Source: Chrysiogenia bacterium
Lineage (GTDB): Bacteria; Acidobacteriota; Aminicenantia; UBA2199
Assembly: GCA_043826505.1 (NCBI GenBank)
Contig: JBDRQC010000008.1
Span: 15,606 to 79,605 of the forward strand
Length of the DNA stretch: 64,000 nt
Direction: 5' to 3'
The notes below the pieces were generated by a model, which was not told where the DNA came from, made no database searches, and was given only the letters and a program-made list of their open reading frames with translations. This document shows positions 36,278 through 47,045 of the stretch, piece by piece. The first letter of the stretch is position 1. Every line of letters starts with the position of its first letter. The position numbers were made by a program, and so were the translations under genes.

Positions 36278-36940
36278 ATGATGCAAAAAAATCCGGTAAA
36301 AAAGTTTGCCGTGGCCCTGTCGATTCTGACCGTCCTGGCCATCGGCTCGCTGCTGGCGCAAATGGTCGAATCCAACCACAATTACGAGCGCAGCCTGGCC
36401 CATATCCGATACCTGGGGACTCATTTGAACGACCTGCACGGGCAGCTGCTGCAGCTGAACCAGGAGCAGCTGGCCGACAGGAAGAAGTACGAGCGCCTCG
36501 ACCTGCTGGAATTCAAGGCCGCCACTTTCCAGAAAAAATTCCCCGATTTCGCCCGGATCGTCGACGTCGCCTACCAGAGAAGCCAGGCCTACGGCTTCCA
36601 TCCCAACCTGGTCCTCTCGGTCATCCAGGTGGAAAGCGCCTTCAACCCCACGGCCGTTTCCTCGGCCGGGGCCTACGGCCTGATGCAGGTGCGCTACGAG
36701 GTCTGGAAAGACGAGCTCAATATCGACAAGAACAAAATTTTCGATATCGATTACAACATCGAACTGGGACTGAAAATCCTGAAGCAGTATCATGAAGTAT
36801 CGGGCGGCAATCTCAGCCGCACCCTCTTTTTATACAACAACGGCTACAAGTACAACAACAGCGGCTATATCGCCAAGGTGAACGCCGCCATCTACAACCA
36901 GGGTGCCGACAGCGCCCGGCCGGTCGGTGTGAGCCGCTGA
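36278..36940 (+). CDS. SLT-domain lytic transglycosylase (small, membrane-anchored)
   Basis: VIQVESAFNPTAVSSAGAYGLMQV and LYNNGY motifs, with an N-terminal anchor FAVALSILTVLAIGSLLA. Confidence 0.85.
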   Translation: MMQKNPVKKFAVALSILTVLAIGSLLAQMVESNHNYERSLAHIRYLGTHLNDLHGQLLQLNQEQLADRKKYERLDLLEFKAATFQKKFPDFARIVDVAYQRSQAYGFHPNLVLSVIQVESAFNPTAVSSAGAYGLMQVRYEVWKDELNIDKNKIFDIDYNIELGLKILKQYHEVSGGNLSRTLFLYNNGYKYNNSGYIAKVNAAIYNQGADSARPVGVSR

Positions 36941-36950
36941 TCCCTGACCA

Positions 36951-37478
36951 CTACCTCCCCTTTTTATCGAGCTTGAAGCGCTCGTGCAGACCCTTGAAAA
37001 AATCCAGGTAGGACTCGCTCTGAAAATCGGGATACGTCCAGGGCAGGAAGTTGATGCGGCCGTCCTTGAGCACGTACTCGATGTGGGCATAGATGCCGCT
37101 GCTGAGCGGCACGCGGTGGTAATGGTTCTTGGCGGTGGCGATAATGACATTGGCGTCGGACAGGTAGCCCGGGTCCAGGTTCACGGTGCGTTTGCCCGCC
37201 ACGGCCAGCCGCTCTTCCACTTCGTTGGTGTGCAACTTGATCTGCGGCAGTCGCTCCGGGGCCAGCAGCCCCTTGAAAGAGACGAATTGCCTGAAAAGAG
37301 ACTCGCCCATTTCCGCCTGGTAATAATCGGTCATGGTGAAGGGAATGACGGCGGAGCGGCCATCCGGGGCCGGCATGAATTCACCGAGCATTTCCAGGGC
37401 CGCCTCGGCGGCATGGTTCTGGCTGAAGATCAGTCCGCAAAAATACTTGACCTTCTTAAAATCACCGGGTATCGACAT
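36951..37478 (-). CDS. DUF4416-like protein
   Basis: About 175 aa. The pattern VKYFCGLIF...IPFTMTDYYQAEMG...LDPGYL...HRVPL is recognised from memory of the family. The ATG at 37478 is preferred over the TTG at 37526. Confidence 0.6.
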   Translation of the reverse strand: MSIPGDFKKVKYFCGLIFSQNHAAEAALEMLGEFMPAPDGRSAVIPFTMTDYYQAEMGESLFRQFVSFKGLLAPERLPQIKLHTNEVEERLAVAGKRTVNLDPGYLSDANVIIATAKNHYHRVPLSSGIYAHIEYVLKDGRINFLPWTYPDFQSESYLDFFKGLHERFKLDKKGR

Positions 37479-37522
37479 GTTGTCAGTCCTGATGGTTTCT
37501 TTTTGACTGCTCCTGGCCTGGT

Positions 37523-39781
37523 TCAATCAAACCAGTTCAGAACGTAAAAGCGGCCGTTGATGAAGGCAGCGACCTGACGCTTGTCGGGAGAAACCTGGTG
37601 GATTGCTCCGGCCAGGGAGACCTGCAGGTTGGAAAATTCCCCGGCCTCATTGAATTTCAGCATTTCGCCGTTGTAGGTCGTAAAATACGCCCCATTCCAG
37701 CCTGAACAGACGAGAATGCCGTTCAAATCCCGGCGTGAATTGATTTTATTGCGGTCATAAGGAGTGAGGCGGATGATCTCGAGCCTGGACTCACTGAAGT
37801 AAAAATGTTTGGTCCTTTCAATGAGCATGTAAACGGCATCGCGCTCAGGAGTCATGCGTGCCGCCAGCACGCCGCTACCCAGCTTTTTATAAAGCAGTGT
37901 CCTATAGTTGAAAAGGATCAGGCTCTTTTCCTTGTCTCTGGTGCCGACCAGTATCTCGTGCTTCTCAGGGTTGAAATCATGGATATTGAGTTCGGCATAA
38001 TTTTTTTCACCCAAAAACATTGTCTCATTGAAGCTGGTCACTTTGTTACGGTTACTGTCATAGGCCCAGGCCTGGAATGCGTTTTTGAGGTCAGAAAAAT
38101 GAATGAGGAAATGGTCGGGCGCTGAGCCGAAATGAATTTTCATTTCTTCGGAAGCAGTGATGTTGATATTCTCCCCTTTGTTCACTAGTTTCGCTATTTC
38201 CGGGTTATTTTGGCAGGCGTCGGCCACCATGAGATATTTCTGGAGCAGCGGCAAGGGAATGCGGCGCAGATACTCCCGGTTCCTGATCTCGGCCCAGCGA
38301 TCATTGCTGTAAGTGTATGAATAGACCGGAAAAGGATATTTGGGATAAACGCTCATTTTCCTTCCATAGGCAGATACCGTGGAAAAAGGAGACAAAAAAG
38401 CAAGTTCGGCCAGACTGCCATCCGTGAAATAGGCCTCGGTGCCGCTGTCATTGAAAGCGGCAAGTACAGTGGGCATTTTCAAGGCATAGCCGATGACCGG
38501 TTTCAGAATGTAACTGTTGGCGCTGGGAATCAGGGTATATAGATAAACTTTTTCGTTCTCAACAGCCGTGGTCGAAAAAATAACCTTGTCCAGTCTGCGC
38601 GCAGGGAAAAATTGCTGGATCGTACCTTCATATTCAAAAGACTTAATTGTTTTCAGGGAATCAGCGTCCAATACCAGCAGTTTTTCCTTTTCACCGCTGT
38701 TCACAATACCGGCTACCAGAATGCGCCTGTTGGCCAGCCATTGAATTTTCTTGACCGAGAAAATCGGCGAAAAATTATAGGTGGGGTAATAGAAATCGGC
38801 GGGGAATTCCTTCAGCAGCCGCCGGGAATCCATGCCGGCAAGTATGGCGCGGTTGATCCAATTCTGGACATTGGCGTTCTTTTTTTTCACATTGAACAAG
38901 CCCATAAGCTTGTTGACGCCGGCATCCCACTGGTTTTGCGAAAAGACCTCGTAGAGATATTTTTCGGCGCCGCGGTCGTTGAGCTTTTGCAGCACCTCGG
39001 CATAGGTCAGGCTGTATTCCGGGTTGTACACAGTGAACTTCAATTTTGACAGCAGCGCCTTGGCCTTGCGCAGATCGCCGGTTTTTAACAGGTACTGTCC
39101 CTTCAGCAGTTGCGCTGGCTGCGCATCCGGCTTGAGGTTCAGGGCCCGATCGATAAAAGCTTCCGCTTCCGGGCAATCGTCAAGGAGCAGACAGGCCCTG
39201 GCGGCCATGAACGCGAAATAATAATTGCCTGGCGCCGCTTCGGCCTCCGGACGCATCAGATCGAGCGCTTGCTGCGGTTGGGCGGTCTTTAAGAATAATT
39301 CCGCCAACAGGATCTTGAATTCCGGAACGGCGGCGTATTTCAGACTCCTGTTGAAATTATCTGTGGCGGCCGGAAAGTTGTCGCGCAGAAAATATTCATT
39401 GCCCAGGCATAGATAAGCCGGCGCAAAGCCGGGATTCATGCGCAATATCTTGTTCAGATTGTCAAGGGCCAAAGAGTTTTTCATGTCGGCGGTCGCCAGG
39501 CTGATGCCGGTAAGTGCTTCCAGTGAACGGTGGTTGCTTTCCAGGTAATCACTGAATTTTTTTGCGGCTTCCCATTTCTCGTTCTGAAACAACAGGACGA
39601 AGCCGAACTTGAGGGTCGGCTGCGGACGGTAGGTGAAGAAGGCGTCCAGGTTTTTTTTTGCCAGCTCCAGGTCGCCGATCAGGTAATAAGCAATGGCCCG
39701 GGAAAAATCATCATTCTTGCTGGCAGGAAAAACGGTCGTGACCAGAAGCAGCAAAATCATAAAAAAGCCGGCTTTTTTCAT
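37523..39781 (-). CDS. Secreted TPR-repeat protein with beta-rich (propeller-like) C-terminal half
   Basis: Signal peptide MKKAGFFMILLLLVTTVFPA, with TPR-like helical repeats in the first ~300 aa. The ATG at 39781 has a GAGG SD. Confidence 0.7.
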   Translation of the reverse strand: MKKAGFFMILLLLVTTVFPASKNDDFSRAIAYYLIGDLELAKKNLDAFFTYRPQPTLKFGFVLLFQNEKWEAAKKFSDYLESNHRSLEALTGISLATADMKNSLALDNLNKILRMNPGFAPAYLCLGNEYFLRDNFPAATDNFNRSLKYAAVPEFKILLAELFLKTAQPQQALDLMRPEAEAAPGNYYFAFMAARACLLLDDCPEAEAFIDRALNLKPDAQPAQLLKGQYLLKTGDLRKAKALLSKLKFTVYNPEYSLTYAEVLQKLNDRGAEKYLYEVFSQNQWDAGVNKLMGLFNVKKKNANVQNWINRAILAGMDSRRLLKEFPADFYYPTYNFSPIFSVKKIQWLANRRILVAGIVNSGEKEKLLVLDADSLKTIKSFEYEGTIQQFFPARRLDKVIFSTTAVENEKVYLYTLIPSANSYILKPVIGYALKMPTVLAAFNDSGTEAYFTDGSLAELAFLSPFSTVSAYGRKMSVYPKYPFPVYSYTYSNDRWAEIRNREYLRRIPLPLLQKYLMVADACQNNPEIAKLVNKGENINITASEEMKIHFGSAPDHFLIHFSDLKNAFQAWAYDSNRNKVTSFNETMFLGEKNYAELNIHDFNPEKHEILVGTRDKEKSLILFNYRTLLYKKLGSGVLAARMTPERDAVYMLIERTKHFYFSESRLEIIRLTPYDRNKINSRRDLNGILVCSGWNGAYFTTYNGEMLKFNEAGEFSNLQVSLAGAIHQVSPDKRQVAAFINGRFYVLNWFD

Positions 39782-39908
39782 TTTGTACCTCGGCACTGAT
39801 TATAACACACGCCGTTTTTTTTGTTAATGCTTTGACGAAAAAACGATTGCCTGCCCAGGCACTTGCAATCAGCATGAATTTCAATATAATCAAGGCCGGG
39901 GAGATGAC

Positions 39909-42290
39909 ATGAAAAGACCGGTTTGGCTTGCTATATGGTTGGCGGCAGCCGCTTTGTCAGCCCAGAATATGCCCCTGCGCCTGGGAATTTATGACAATCC
40001 GCCAATGACTTTTTTCCAGGACAAGGACGCGGCCGGTTTTATCGTGGATGTGATCGGCGATTTTTCCCGCGGCAAACAGATGGATCTGAAATTTGTCCAG
40101 GCTCCCTTTCACGAGCTATTCGATATGTTGAAGCGTGGCGAGATCGACATCATCGCCCCCATCGCTTTCAATGAGGAAAGAAGTAAATTCCTGCGCTACA
40201 ATTCCGAATCGATCCTGATGGACTGGTCAAACATCATCATGGGGGAAGCGGTAAATTTCAAACTTCTCAGCGATCTTGAAGGTGCTGAAATCGGCATCGT
40301 GAAAAGCGATTATTACGCCAAATTGCTCGAAAAAGACCTGCAAAAGCAAAGTATACACAGCCGCTTGCGCGCCTTCGATGATTTCATCCAGGTCGTTGAT
40401 GCCGTGGCCACGAAAAAAATCGCGGCCGGATTCATCGGTCGTTTCAGCCTTTCCTTTATTCTGAAAAACCATCGGGAAATATCCCGCATCAAGGTAATGC
40501 CCGGGTCCTTTTACCATGAGCCGCTTTTTTTCGGCATCAATCCGCAAAAAGCGTACCTGGTCTCCATGCTGGACGCATATTTACGGGAGGCTAAGCGCGA
40601 CAAAAATGGAGCATTGATCCAATCCTACGAGCGCTGGTTCGGTCAAACCTATTACCAAAAACGGCTGATCTTCCTTTCTGAGTATTACCTGTGGATCGTG
40701 CTGGCTGTGCTGCTTACCATTGCCGTTTTCATTTTCTTCAATGCCCTGCTGCGCAACAAGGTCAGGAAGAGCATCCAGGAGATTAAAAGGCAAAAGTCGT
40801 ATTTTGAAAATCTTTTCAAAATCATCCCGGCCGGCATCGTCATCCTGGATGAACAAAACCGGGTGCTGGACATGAACCAGGAGTTTCATTCCCAGTTTGG
40901 CTTCAGCCTGGACGAGATCAGGGGCCACGAACTCGTCGGCCTGATCAACAGCGAATACACAATTAAGCAGGCTCTTTCCATAAGCCATAAGGCCCGCAAT
41001 GGGGAAAGGGTGTACGCCGACGGACAGCGCAAAACCAAATCCGGGAAAATGCGGGATTTTCACATCATCGCTTCTCCCATCATCGTCGCCGGCAAAGTAT
41101 TGGGTATCATCGTCATCTATCTGGACATTACCGAAAAAAAACGGATGGAAGAGGAGATCATCAAGTCAAAAAACATCGAATCGGTCGGGGTGCTGGCAGG
41201 CGGCATCGCCCATGATTTCAACAATATGCTGACCGGCATCCTCGGCAACATCTCGGTGGCCAAGAGGATGATTGGAACGGATCAGGCCAGAAACATCCTG
41301 GAAAAGGCTGAAAAAGCTGCGCTTAAAGCCAGCGGACTGACCCAGCAGCTGCTGACTTTTTCCAAGGGCGGTTTCCCGGTTAAAAAAGTGGTCTACCTGC
41401 CCGACCTGGTCAGGGATTCTCTGGCCCTGGTCATTTCCGGGAGCAACGTTCGCGCTGAATTGCAGATAGACACCCCTGTTTCCAACTGTGAAATCGACGT
41501 CACCCAGATCCTCCAGGTGATCAACAATTTGCTGATCAACGCCCGCGAAGCCATGCCGGCCGGAGGTGTGGTTGAAATCGGCCTGCACGACCATCTTCAG
41601 CAAAAAAACGACAACTTCCTGCGCAAGGGTCATTATGTTTCCCTGACGGTCAGGGATCACGGACCGGGCATTGCCCCCGGCAACCTGCAACGGATATTCA
41701 TCCCCTATTTCACTACCAAGAAAACCGGTTCTGGGCTGGGCCTGGCCATCGCCTATTCCATTGTCAACAAGCACGACGGGCGCATCACGGTCCATTCACC
41801 CCAAGGCCAGGGAGCGACCTTCACCGTGTATCTTCCCGCTTCAAACAAAAAGGTGGCCGGTGCTCTCCGGTTGAAGTCGATCGCGGTCCAACAAGCCAGG
41901 ATATTGCTGATGGATGACGAAGAAATCATCCGTGATGTGTTCGTGGATATGCTGCGTGATACTCCCTTCCGGATCGATCTGTCAGCCTCGAGCAAGGAGG
42001 CCCTGGAAAAATTCCATGCCGCCTGCAGGGCCGGCGCTCCTTATGACCTGGTTTTTCTGGACCTGACCGGTCCCGGTGATATCGGCGGCATCAAGACATT
42101 GGATAAAATTCGCGCCATTGACCCGAATGCTGTCGCCATCGCCATCAGCGGCTACAGCGCCAGTGATGTATTCAGCCGGTCCGACAGCTCAAATTTCCAT
42201 GATTTTCTGGCAAAACCCTTCCAGTCCGAAGATCTGCTGCGCATCATCAGCAAGAACATGGCCAGAGGTAAAACAAAATCAAAGTGTTAG
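39909..42290 (+). CDS. Hybrid sensor histidine kinase (periplasmic solute-binding domain, TM, PAS, HisKA/HATPase, receiver)
   Basis: SBP_bac_3-like N-domain, PAS domain, H-box GGIAHDFNNML, HATPase motifs (G-box TGSGLGLA) and a C-terminal receiver (ILLMDDEE...VFLDL...KP). Confidence 0.88.
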   Translation: MKRPVWLAIWLAAAALSAQNMPLRLGIYDNPPMTFFQDKDAAGFIVDVIGDFSRGKQMDLKFVQAPFHELFDMLKRGEIDIIAPIAFNEERSKFLRYNSESILMDWSNIIMGEAVNFKLLSDLEGAEIGIVKSDYYAKLLEKDLQKQSIHSRLRAFDDFIQVVDAVATKKIAAGFIGRFSLSFILKNHREISRIKVMPGSFYHEPLFFGINPQKAYLVSMLDAYLREAKRDKNGALIQSYERWFGQTYYQKRLIFLSEYYLWIVLAVLLTIAVFIFFNALLRNKVRKSIQEIKRQKSYFENLFKIIPAGIVILDEQNRVLDMNQEFHSQFGFSLDEIRGHELVGLINSEYTIKQALSISHKARNGERVYADGQRKTKSGKMRDFHIIASPIIVAGKVLGIIVIYLDITEKKRMEEEIIKSKNIESVGVLAGGIAHDFNNMLTGILGNISVAKRMIGTDQARNILEKAEKAALKASGLTQQLLTFSKGGFPVKKVVYLPDLVRDSLALVISGSNVRAELQIDTPVSNCEIDVTQILQVINNLLINAREAMPAGGVVEIGLHDHLQQKNDNFLRKGHYVSLTVRDHGPGIAPGNLQRIFIPYFTTKKTGSGLGLAIAYSIVNKHDGRITVHSPQGQGATFTVYLPASNKKVAGALRLKSIAVQQARILLMDDEEIIRDVFVDMLRDTPFRIDLSASSKEALEKFHAACRAGAPYDLVFLDLTGPGDIGGIKTLDKIRAIDPNAVAIAISGYSASDVFSRSDSSNFHDFLAKPFQSEDLLRIISKNMARGKTKSKC

Positions 42291-42414
42291 TTTTATCAAA
42301 AACAATGAATTAAAATATTCTCTATGACTGATTTCGGAGCTGTGACCACGTCATTGTTTACATATTTTGTTGAGGTTTCTTCCAAACACTACCACTATCA
42401 CTAACACTTGTTCA

Positions 42415-43260
42415 TCAGAGGCCCCAGTTCAATTTGTCATAAAGCAGTTTATAATAATTCGTGTCCGGTGCGACCAGCATGGGCAGCTGCTTGGGATAGA
42501 TTTTTACGTGAATGGACTCCTCGAATTCGATAGGCAGCGCCTTCTGGCCGTCAATGGTCACATATGTCTCCATGTGAGCGGTCAGCAGTTGCGTGGAGAT
42601 TTCCGAGTCGTCGGGAACGACCAGGGGACGAAAGGTCAATGAATGGGGGCAAATGGGAGTGATGACCATGCCGTTCACGGCCGGATTGACGATCGGACCG
42701 CCGGCCGATATGGAATATGCCGTTGATCCGGTGGGAGTGGCGATGATGAGACCGTCGCCCTTGACCTCAGCTACCTTTGCTCCGTCGATTTTCAAAAGGA
42801 GATTGACAATGCGGGCAATTGTACCCTTGTTGATGACCACGTCGTTCAGGGCCGTGAACGTCTGCTGCTTGAAATCGATCTGCAGCAGTTTGCGCCAGGA
42901 TATCTCGGCATGCCCGCTGAAAATATGCCGCAGGCCTTGACGCAGTGATTCCTTTTTCATGGCGGTCAGAAATCCCAGCGAACCAAGATTGAATCCAACC
43001 ACCGGTACCTGGGCTTCCACGGCCTGCCTGGCGATGGACAAAAAAGTGCCGTCGCCGCCCAGGACAATTATCAGATCGGCATGGCGGGCGATATCCTCGC
43101 GGGCGCAAAATTTCGGGATTTGCAGCAACTGGGCGGCTGTTTTTTCCAGGGTATAATCTATGGCGCACTCATTCAAAATGGCAATGGTCTCCTGCAGATA
43201 GTGAACCACGCCTTCATGAGGCTTGGCCACGATCGCTGCTTGTTTAAATTTTGCAGGCAT
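42415..43260 (-). CDS. nadK: NAD kinase
   Basis: GGDGTFL motif and the typical NadK C-terminal domain. Confidence 0.9.
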   Translation of the reverse strand: MPAKFKQAAIVAKPHEGVVHYLQETIAILNECAIDYTLEKTAAQLLQIPKFCAREDIARHADLIIVLGGDGTFLSIARQAVEAQVPVVGFNLGSLGFLTAMKKESLRQGLRHIFSGHAEISWRKLLQIDFKQQTFTALNDVVINKGTIARIVNLLLKIDGAKVAEVKGDGLIIATPTGSTAYSISAGGPIVNPAVNGMVITPICPHSLTFRPLVVPDDSEISTQLLTAHMETYVTIDGQKALPIEFEESIHVKIYPKQLPMLVAPDTNYYKLLYDKLNWGL

Positions 43261-44023
43261 TACTGATCATTTTATCATCAATTGAATTTTTATTTCCACT
43301 CTGCAGCAGAAAAAAATATTCCTGGTTGCCTTTTCTGCCCTTGATCCCGGACAGCGTGCAGGCCAGAACCGCAAAGTCCAGATTTTCGATCTGATGTTTC
43401 AGTTTGAGCAGGATGCGCAGCCGTTGATCGCGGTCGCGGACTACTCCCCCCCAGGCCACGCTCCCTCGGGACGCTTCGAACTGGGGTTTGATCAGGGACA
43501 AGATCCTGGCTTTGTTGAAAACGGCCAGGACCGGCAGGATCTTGGTGATGGAAATGAAAGAAAGGTCCATGATGATCAGGTCCGGTTCAAAGGGCACATC
43601 CTCTCTCTTCAGGAAACGGGCGTTTTTTTTTAAAAGATACATCCGTGGATCCTGGCGTAAACCGTAATCCACCTGGGAAATATTCACATCCAATCCGCAT
43701 ATCCGGGCAGCGCCCAATTGCAAAAGACAATCGCTGAAACCTCCGGTTGAAATGCCTACATCAAGAACATTCAGGCCGCGCACATCAATCGCCAATTCAC
43801 GGATGGCTTTTTCGATCTTGAAAGCCCCCCGGGAAACATAGGGGTGATTTCTTTCGATTTGGATGGCGTCGCCGGCATTGATCCGACGATCGGGTTTGTC
43901 AGCCATCTGGCCGTCGACCCGCACTTCCCCGGCCATGATCAGGGCCTGGGCCTCTTTCAAGTTCAGAGCCAAATGCCTTATCAGCATGGCCTGGTCGAGG
44001 CGGATTTTTATTTGCTTTTTCAT
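43244..44023 (-). CDS. tlyA: TlyA family rRNA 2'-O-methyltransferase
   Basis: S4 domain (RLDQAMLIRHL...AQALIMAGEVRVDGQ), FtsJ-like SAM motif VLDVGISTGGFSD, and C-terminal GNQEYFFLL. The ATG at 44023 is preferred. Confidence 0.88.
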   Translation of the reverse strand: MKKQIKIRLDQAMLIRHLALNLKEAQALIMAGEVRVDGQMADKPDRRINAGDAIQIERNHPYVSRGAFKIEKAIRELAIDVRGLNVLDVGISTGGFSDCLLQLGAARICGLDVNISQVDYGLRQDPRMYLLKKNARFLKREDVPFEPDLIIMDLSFISITKILPVLAVFNKARILSLIKPQFEASRGSVAWGGVVRDRDQRLRILLKLKHQIENLDFAVLACTLSGIKGRKGNQEYFFLLQSGNKNSIDDKMISNACKI

Positions 44024-44230
44024 CCCATGTTCAGGATCGGGTTCGCAAGGTCTTGTCGCGGATGCTAACCATACCTGAACCTGGATAATAGCCAATATCC
44101 GCATTTTAAGCAAGCGGCTCCCTGATTTCCAGACCAACTTGACAGCCATTTGCAGCCAGTATACCATCTGGGCACACTCCCGCAGCAGACCGGACCATGA
44201 AACGGCTGTCGCGGACAGCCAGGAGGATGC

Positions 44231-46585
44231 ATGCGTTGGAAAATCATCTTGTCCATCTTGCTGATTTCAATCCAGGGCGGCTTTGCCGCCGCTACAGTCA
44301 GGAAAGTCGATTTTTTGGCTGCGGCCGGGCTCAAGGTCAATGGGGCCGGTCCGCTGCTGGTCAGAATGGATGCAGGGCGCAACCGGCTGGTCGTGGCCAA
44401 CACGCTGACTTCCTCGGTTTCAATAATCGATTGTGGAACCCGTTCCGTCCGCAATATCCCGATCAGCAGCCGCGTTCCGCAATACTTGAAATCCGAAGCG
44501 CTGGCCATCGATTCGCGCACCGGCAACGCTTACGTCATCGGCAACAAGACCCTGGAAGTGGTTTTCCCGGGAAGCAACAAAACGCGCCATTTCCCCACCA
44601 ACAAGCAATTTGAGATGGTGGCCGTTGACGAAAACAGCGGCAATGCCTTTCTGGTCGGGAGAGAAAGTCGTTATATGGCATTCGTCGACCTGAAAAAAAA
44701 CCGGGTACGCTATTTTCCCTGGAGTGAAAAAGAAGAGAGCGCCATGAATCTGAACCAGACACCGCCGCCGCCCATTCGCAAGGTTGTTTGCGACTACGGT
44801 TCAGGTGAAGTCCTGGCCGTGGACGGTTTTACTTCCACTTTGCATGTTTTTGCAGCGGCCAGCGGCAAACGGTTGGCTCGGCGCCGACTCGACCTGATCG
44901 CGGGCGCCCGCTGGCATTTTGCCGCTTACAGCCAGAGTCAGCATGCCCTGCTCCTGGTGGTGGAAACCGCTGAGCGCAAGGTGGTCCAGGCGGCAAAAAT
45001 CTCTGTCAGCGGCCAAGCCGATGCCATCATCTCCCTGCCCGGTTACACAGAGGCTGTAGGGATCAGCTACAATGAAAAGCGGGATGAACTTTACATCCCC
45101 TATGACAATCATGCCAGCCTGCATGTGATCGATTTCAAGGACAAGGGACGGATCAGCGAGATCATGCTCCCCGCGTACGGAAACGATGCTTCCGTAATCG
45201 ATGAGCAAGGCGATCTTCTTTATGTTTCCAGTTGGGCGTACGGAGAGATCGACCAGATCGATCTGCAGTCCCGCAAGTTGCGCAAGCGCTTTTTTAATGC
45301 CGCCGTACTGCCGCACATGTTTAACATGGCTTTCAATCGCCGCGACGGCAAGCTTTACCTGCCGCTGGGCGCCACGGCGGTCAACGGTTCTTTCGGGGCG
45401 GGCGTAAGTGTTTTGGATCCGGCCAACGGCAGTGTTGAGAAAGTGTATACCGGATGGGCACCTCAGGAATTATTGCAGCAGCCGGGAAGCGATGCTTTCC
45501 TGGTTTTCAACAATGAGGATCAATTCGCCCGGGTCACACCCGATGGCAGCTTCACAACCCGTATCCTGCCCGTTGTCTATCCCCACCAGGCACTGGCTAC
45601 ACCTTCAGGCAATGTCTACCTTGCTTATGGTCCGCATCAGTCCTACTGGCCGGTTGTATATATTTGGGCGGCCCGCAACGGTATCCTGGGCCTGAACGGT
45701 CGCGATCTGGAATATTATGACCGCCGCATTCCGCGGCTGGCCCAGGGCATGGTTTTGACCGCGTCAGGCGTCCTTTATGCCCTGCAAAACAATTGGGGCG
45801 ACGAAAAGCAATTCCTGATCTCACTGGACGACGAAGTGCGCAGCCCCAATCAGGGCGACATGCGCCTGGAGCTCCCCGACACGGTCAGCCGCGAAACCAG
45901 CCAGCGCCTGCTCGTCTTCGATGAGGAGAAAGACTGGCTCTGCCTGGCCCGGGTTGGAGAAAAGGACACGGACAACGGCGTGCTGCAGGTGATCGATGCC
46001 AAGGCGGGAAAGGTTTTGCAGCGTTTCGAGATCGGACCCACACCGACCTGGCTGGCCGTGGACCGGGAAAACATCTATGTCCTGAGTTTTACTGCCGGGC
46101 GCTTGACCATTATCCGCAAGGCTGATTTTGAGCACCGCGATGTCGCCTGCGGCAGAAATCCTTTGAAAGCAGTCGTGGCCGGCGGCATCCCTTATGTCAT
46201 CAACCACGGCGACAACACCTTGTCGGAACTCGGCCCGACTAAGCGAGTCCACAAAATCCCCTTCCCCGGCAAACCCGATCAAGTTGTTTGCCACGAAAAT
46301 TTACTGCTGATCACAAGCCACAGTGCAGAGGAATTGTTGATCCTGACATTTGACCTGAAAACAAAAAAATTCACATTGCTGCACAGGGAAAAATATCCTT
46401 TTGGAGAAACCTCATTCGCCGGGAACAACAGCTCTTTTTTTGTCCGCGGCCAGTTCGGCGACTGCCTTTATGATCTTTGCAAGATAAAAACCGATGAAGC
46501 CAAGCGCATCTGGGTCAGCGACTTCCTGTCCGGGAAACTTTTTATAATTGAACCTAGGGGTGCATCACTTGATTTGAAAAAGTGA
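44231..46585 (+). CDS. Secreted YVTN-type beta-propeller repeat protein
   Basis: Signal peptide after an AGGAGG SD. There are repeated YncE/YVTN-like units (e.g. RLVVANTLTSSVSIIDCGTRSV). Confidence 0.7.
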   Translation: MRWKIILSILLISIQGGFAAATVRKVDFLAAAGLKVNGAGPLLVRMDAGRNRLVVANTLTSSVSIIDCGTRSVRNIPISSRVPQYLKSEALAIDSRTGNAYVIGNKTLEVVFPGSNKTRHFPTNKQFEMVAVDENSGNAFLVGRESRYMAFVDLKKNRVRYFPWSEKEESAMNLNQTPPPPIRKVVCDYGSGEVLAVDGFTSTLHVFAAASGKRLARRRLDLIAGARWHFAAYSQSQHALLLVVETAERKVVQAAKISVSGQADAIISLPGYTEAVGISYNEKRDELYIPYDNHASLHVIDFKDKGRISEIMLPAYGNDASVIDEQGDLLYVSSWAYGEIDQIDLQSRKLRKRFFNAAVLPHMFNMAFNRRDGKLYLPLGATAVNGSFGAGVSVLDPANGSVEKVYTGWAPQELLQQPGSDAFLVFNNEDQFARVTPDGSFTTRILPVVYPHQALATPSGNVYLAYGPHQSYWPVVYIWAARNGILGLNGRDLEYYDRRIPRLAQGMVLTASGVLYALQNNWGDEKQFLISLDDEVRSPNQGDMRLELPDTVSRETSQRLLVFDEEKDWLCLARVGEKDTDNGVLQVIDAKAGKVLQRFEIGPTPTWLAVDRENIYVLSFTAGRLTIIRKADFEHRDVACGRNPLKAVVAGGIPYVINHGDNTLSELGPTKRVHKIPFPGKPDQVVCHENLLLITSHSAEELLILTFDLKTKKFTLLHREKYPFGETSFAGNNSSFFVRGQFGDCLYDLCKIKTDEAKRIWVSDFLSGKLFIIEPRGASLDLKK

Positions 46586-46981
46586 GGGAGGCTGCTGCTC
46601 TTCACTTTGCTGACGCCGGCGATTCACCAGTATGCCGGTGGCGATGATAATCAGGGCAATGGTCAGCCAATGGGCGATAAAAACCGACATATACTTCGGT
46701 GAGAAAGCTTGCAGCCATTCAATAAGCCCCCAGATAATAAAAAACAGCCCCCAGACCCATATCTTGAAGAAGATCACCCAACAGTCGATTTTCAGCCAAT
46801 AAAAAGCCAAACGGTCGGCCAGGAACAGGCAAATGCCAAAAGTGGACAGGACAATGCCGATGTTGTCGGCCCCGGCCGTATTGGCCGGAGCGATAGCGAC
46901 ATACCAGCCGCCGATCAGAGCCCACAATCCCAGGGCTGCCATTGACACTGGTATTGCCTGCAGAGTAAACCGGATGCGCAT
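46565..46981 (-). CDS. Small integral membrane protein (about 4 TM), unknown function
   Basis: 138-aa hydrophobic ORF. Its 3' end overlaps the convergent propeller gene by 21 nt. Confidence 0.55.
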   Translation of the reverse strand: MRIRFTLQAIPVSMAALGLWALIGGWYVAIAPANTAGADNIGIVLSTFGICLFLADRLAFYWLKIDCWVIFFKIWVWGLFFIIWGLIEWLQAFSPKYMSVFIAHWLTIALIIIATGILVNRRRQQSEEQQPPSLFQIK

Positions 46982-47045
46982 ATTAATTTTTGCAGGAGCG
47001 TGTTTTTTGACGCCCCATTTCTCCTGTGAATAAAATAATTCAATC

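Noticed and set aside
36223-36795. 190-aa plus-strand alternative-frame ORF and 176-aa antisense ORF over the small SLT-domain gene.
   Set aside because: The frame starting at 36278 carries the SLT catalytic motif. The alternative-frame product is Pro/Arg/Gly-rich.
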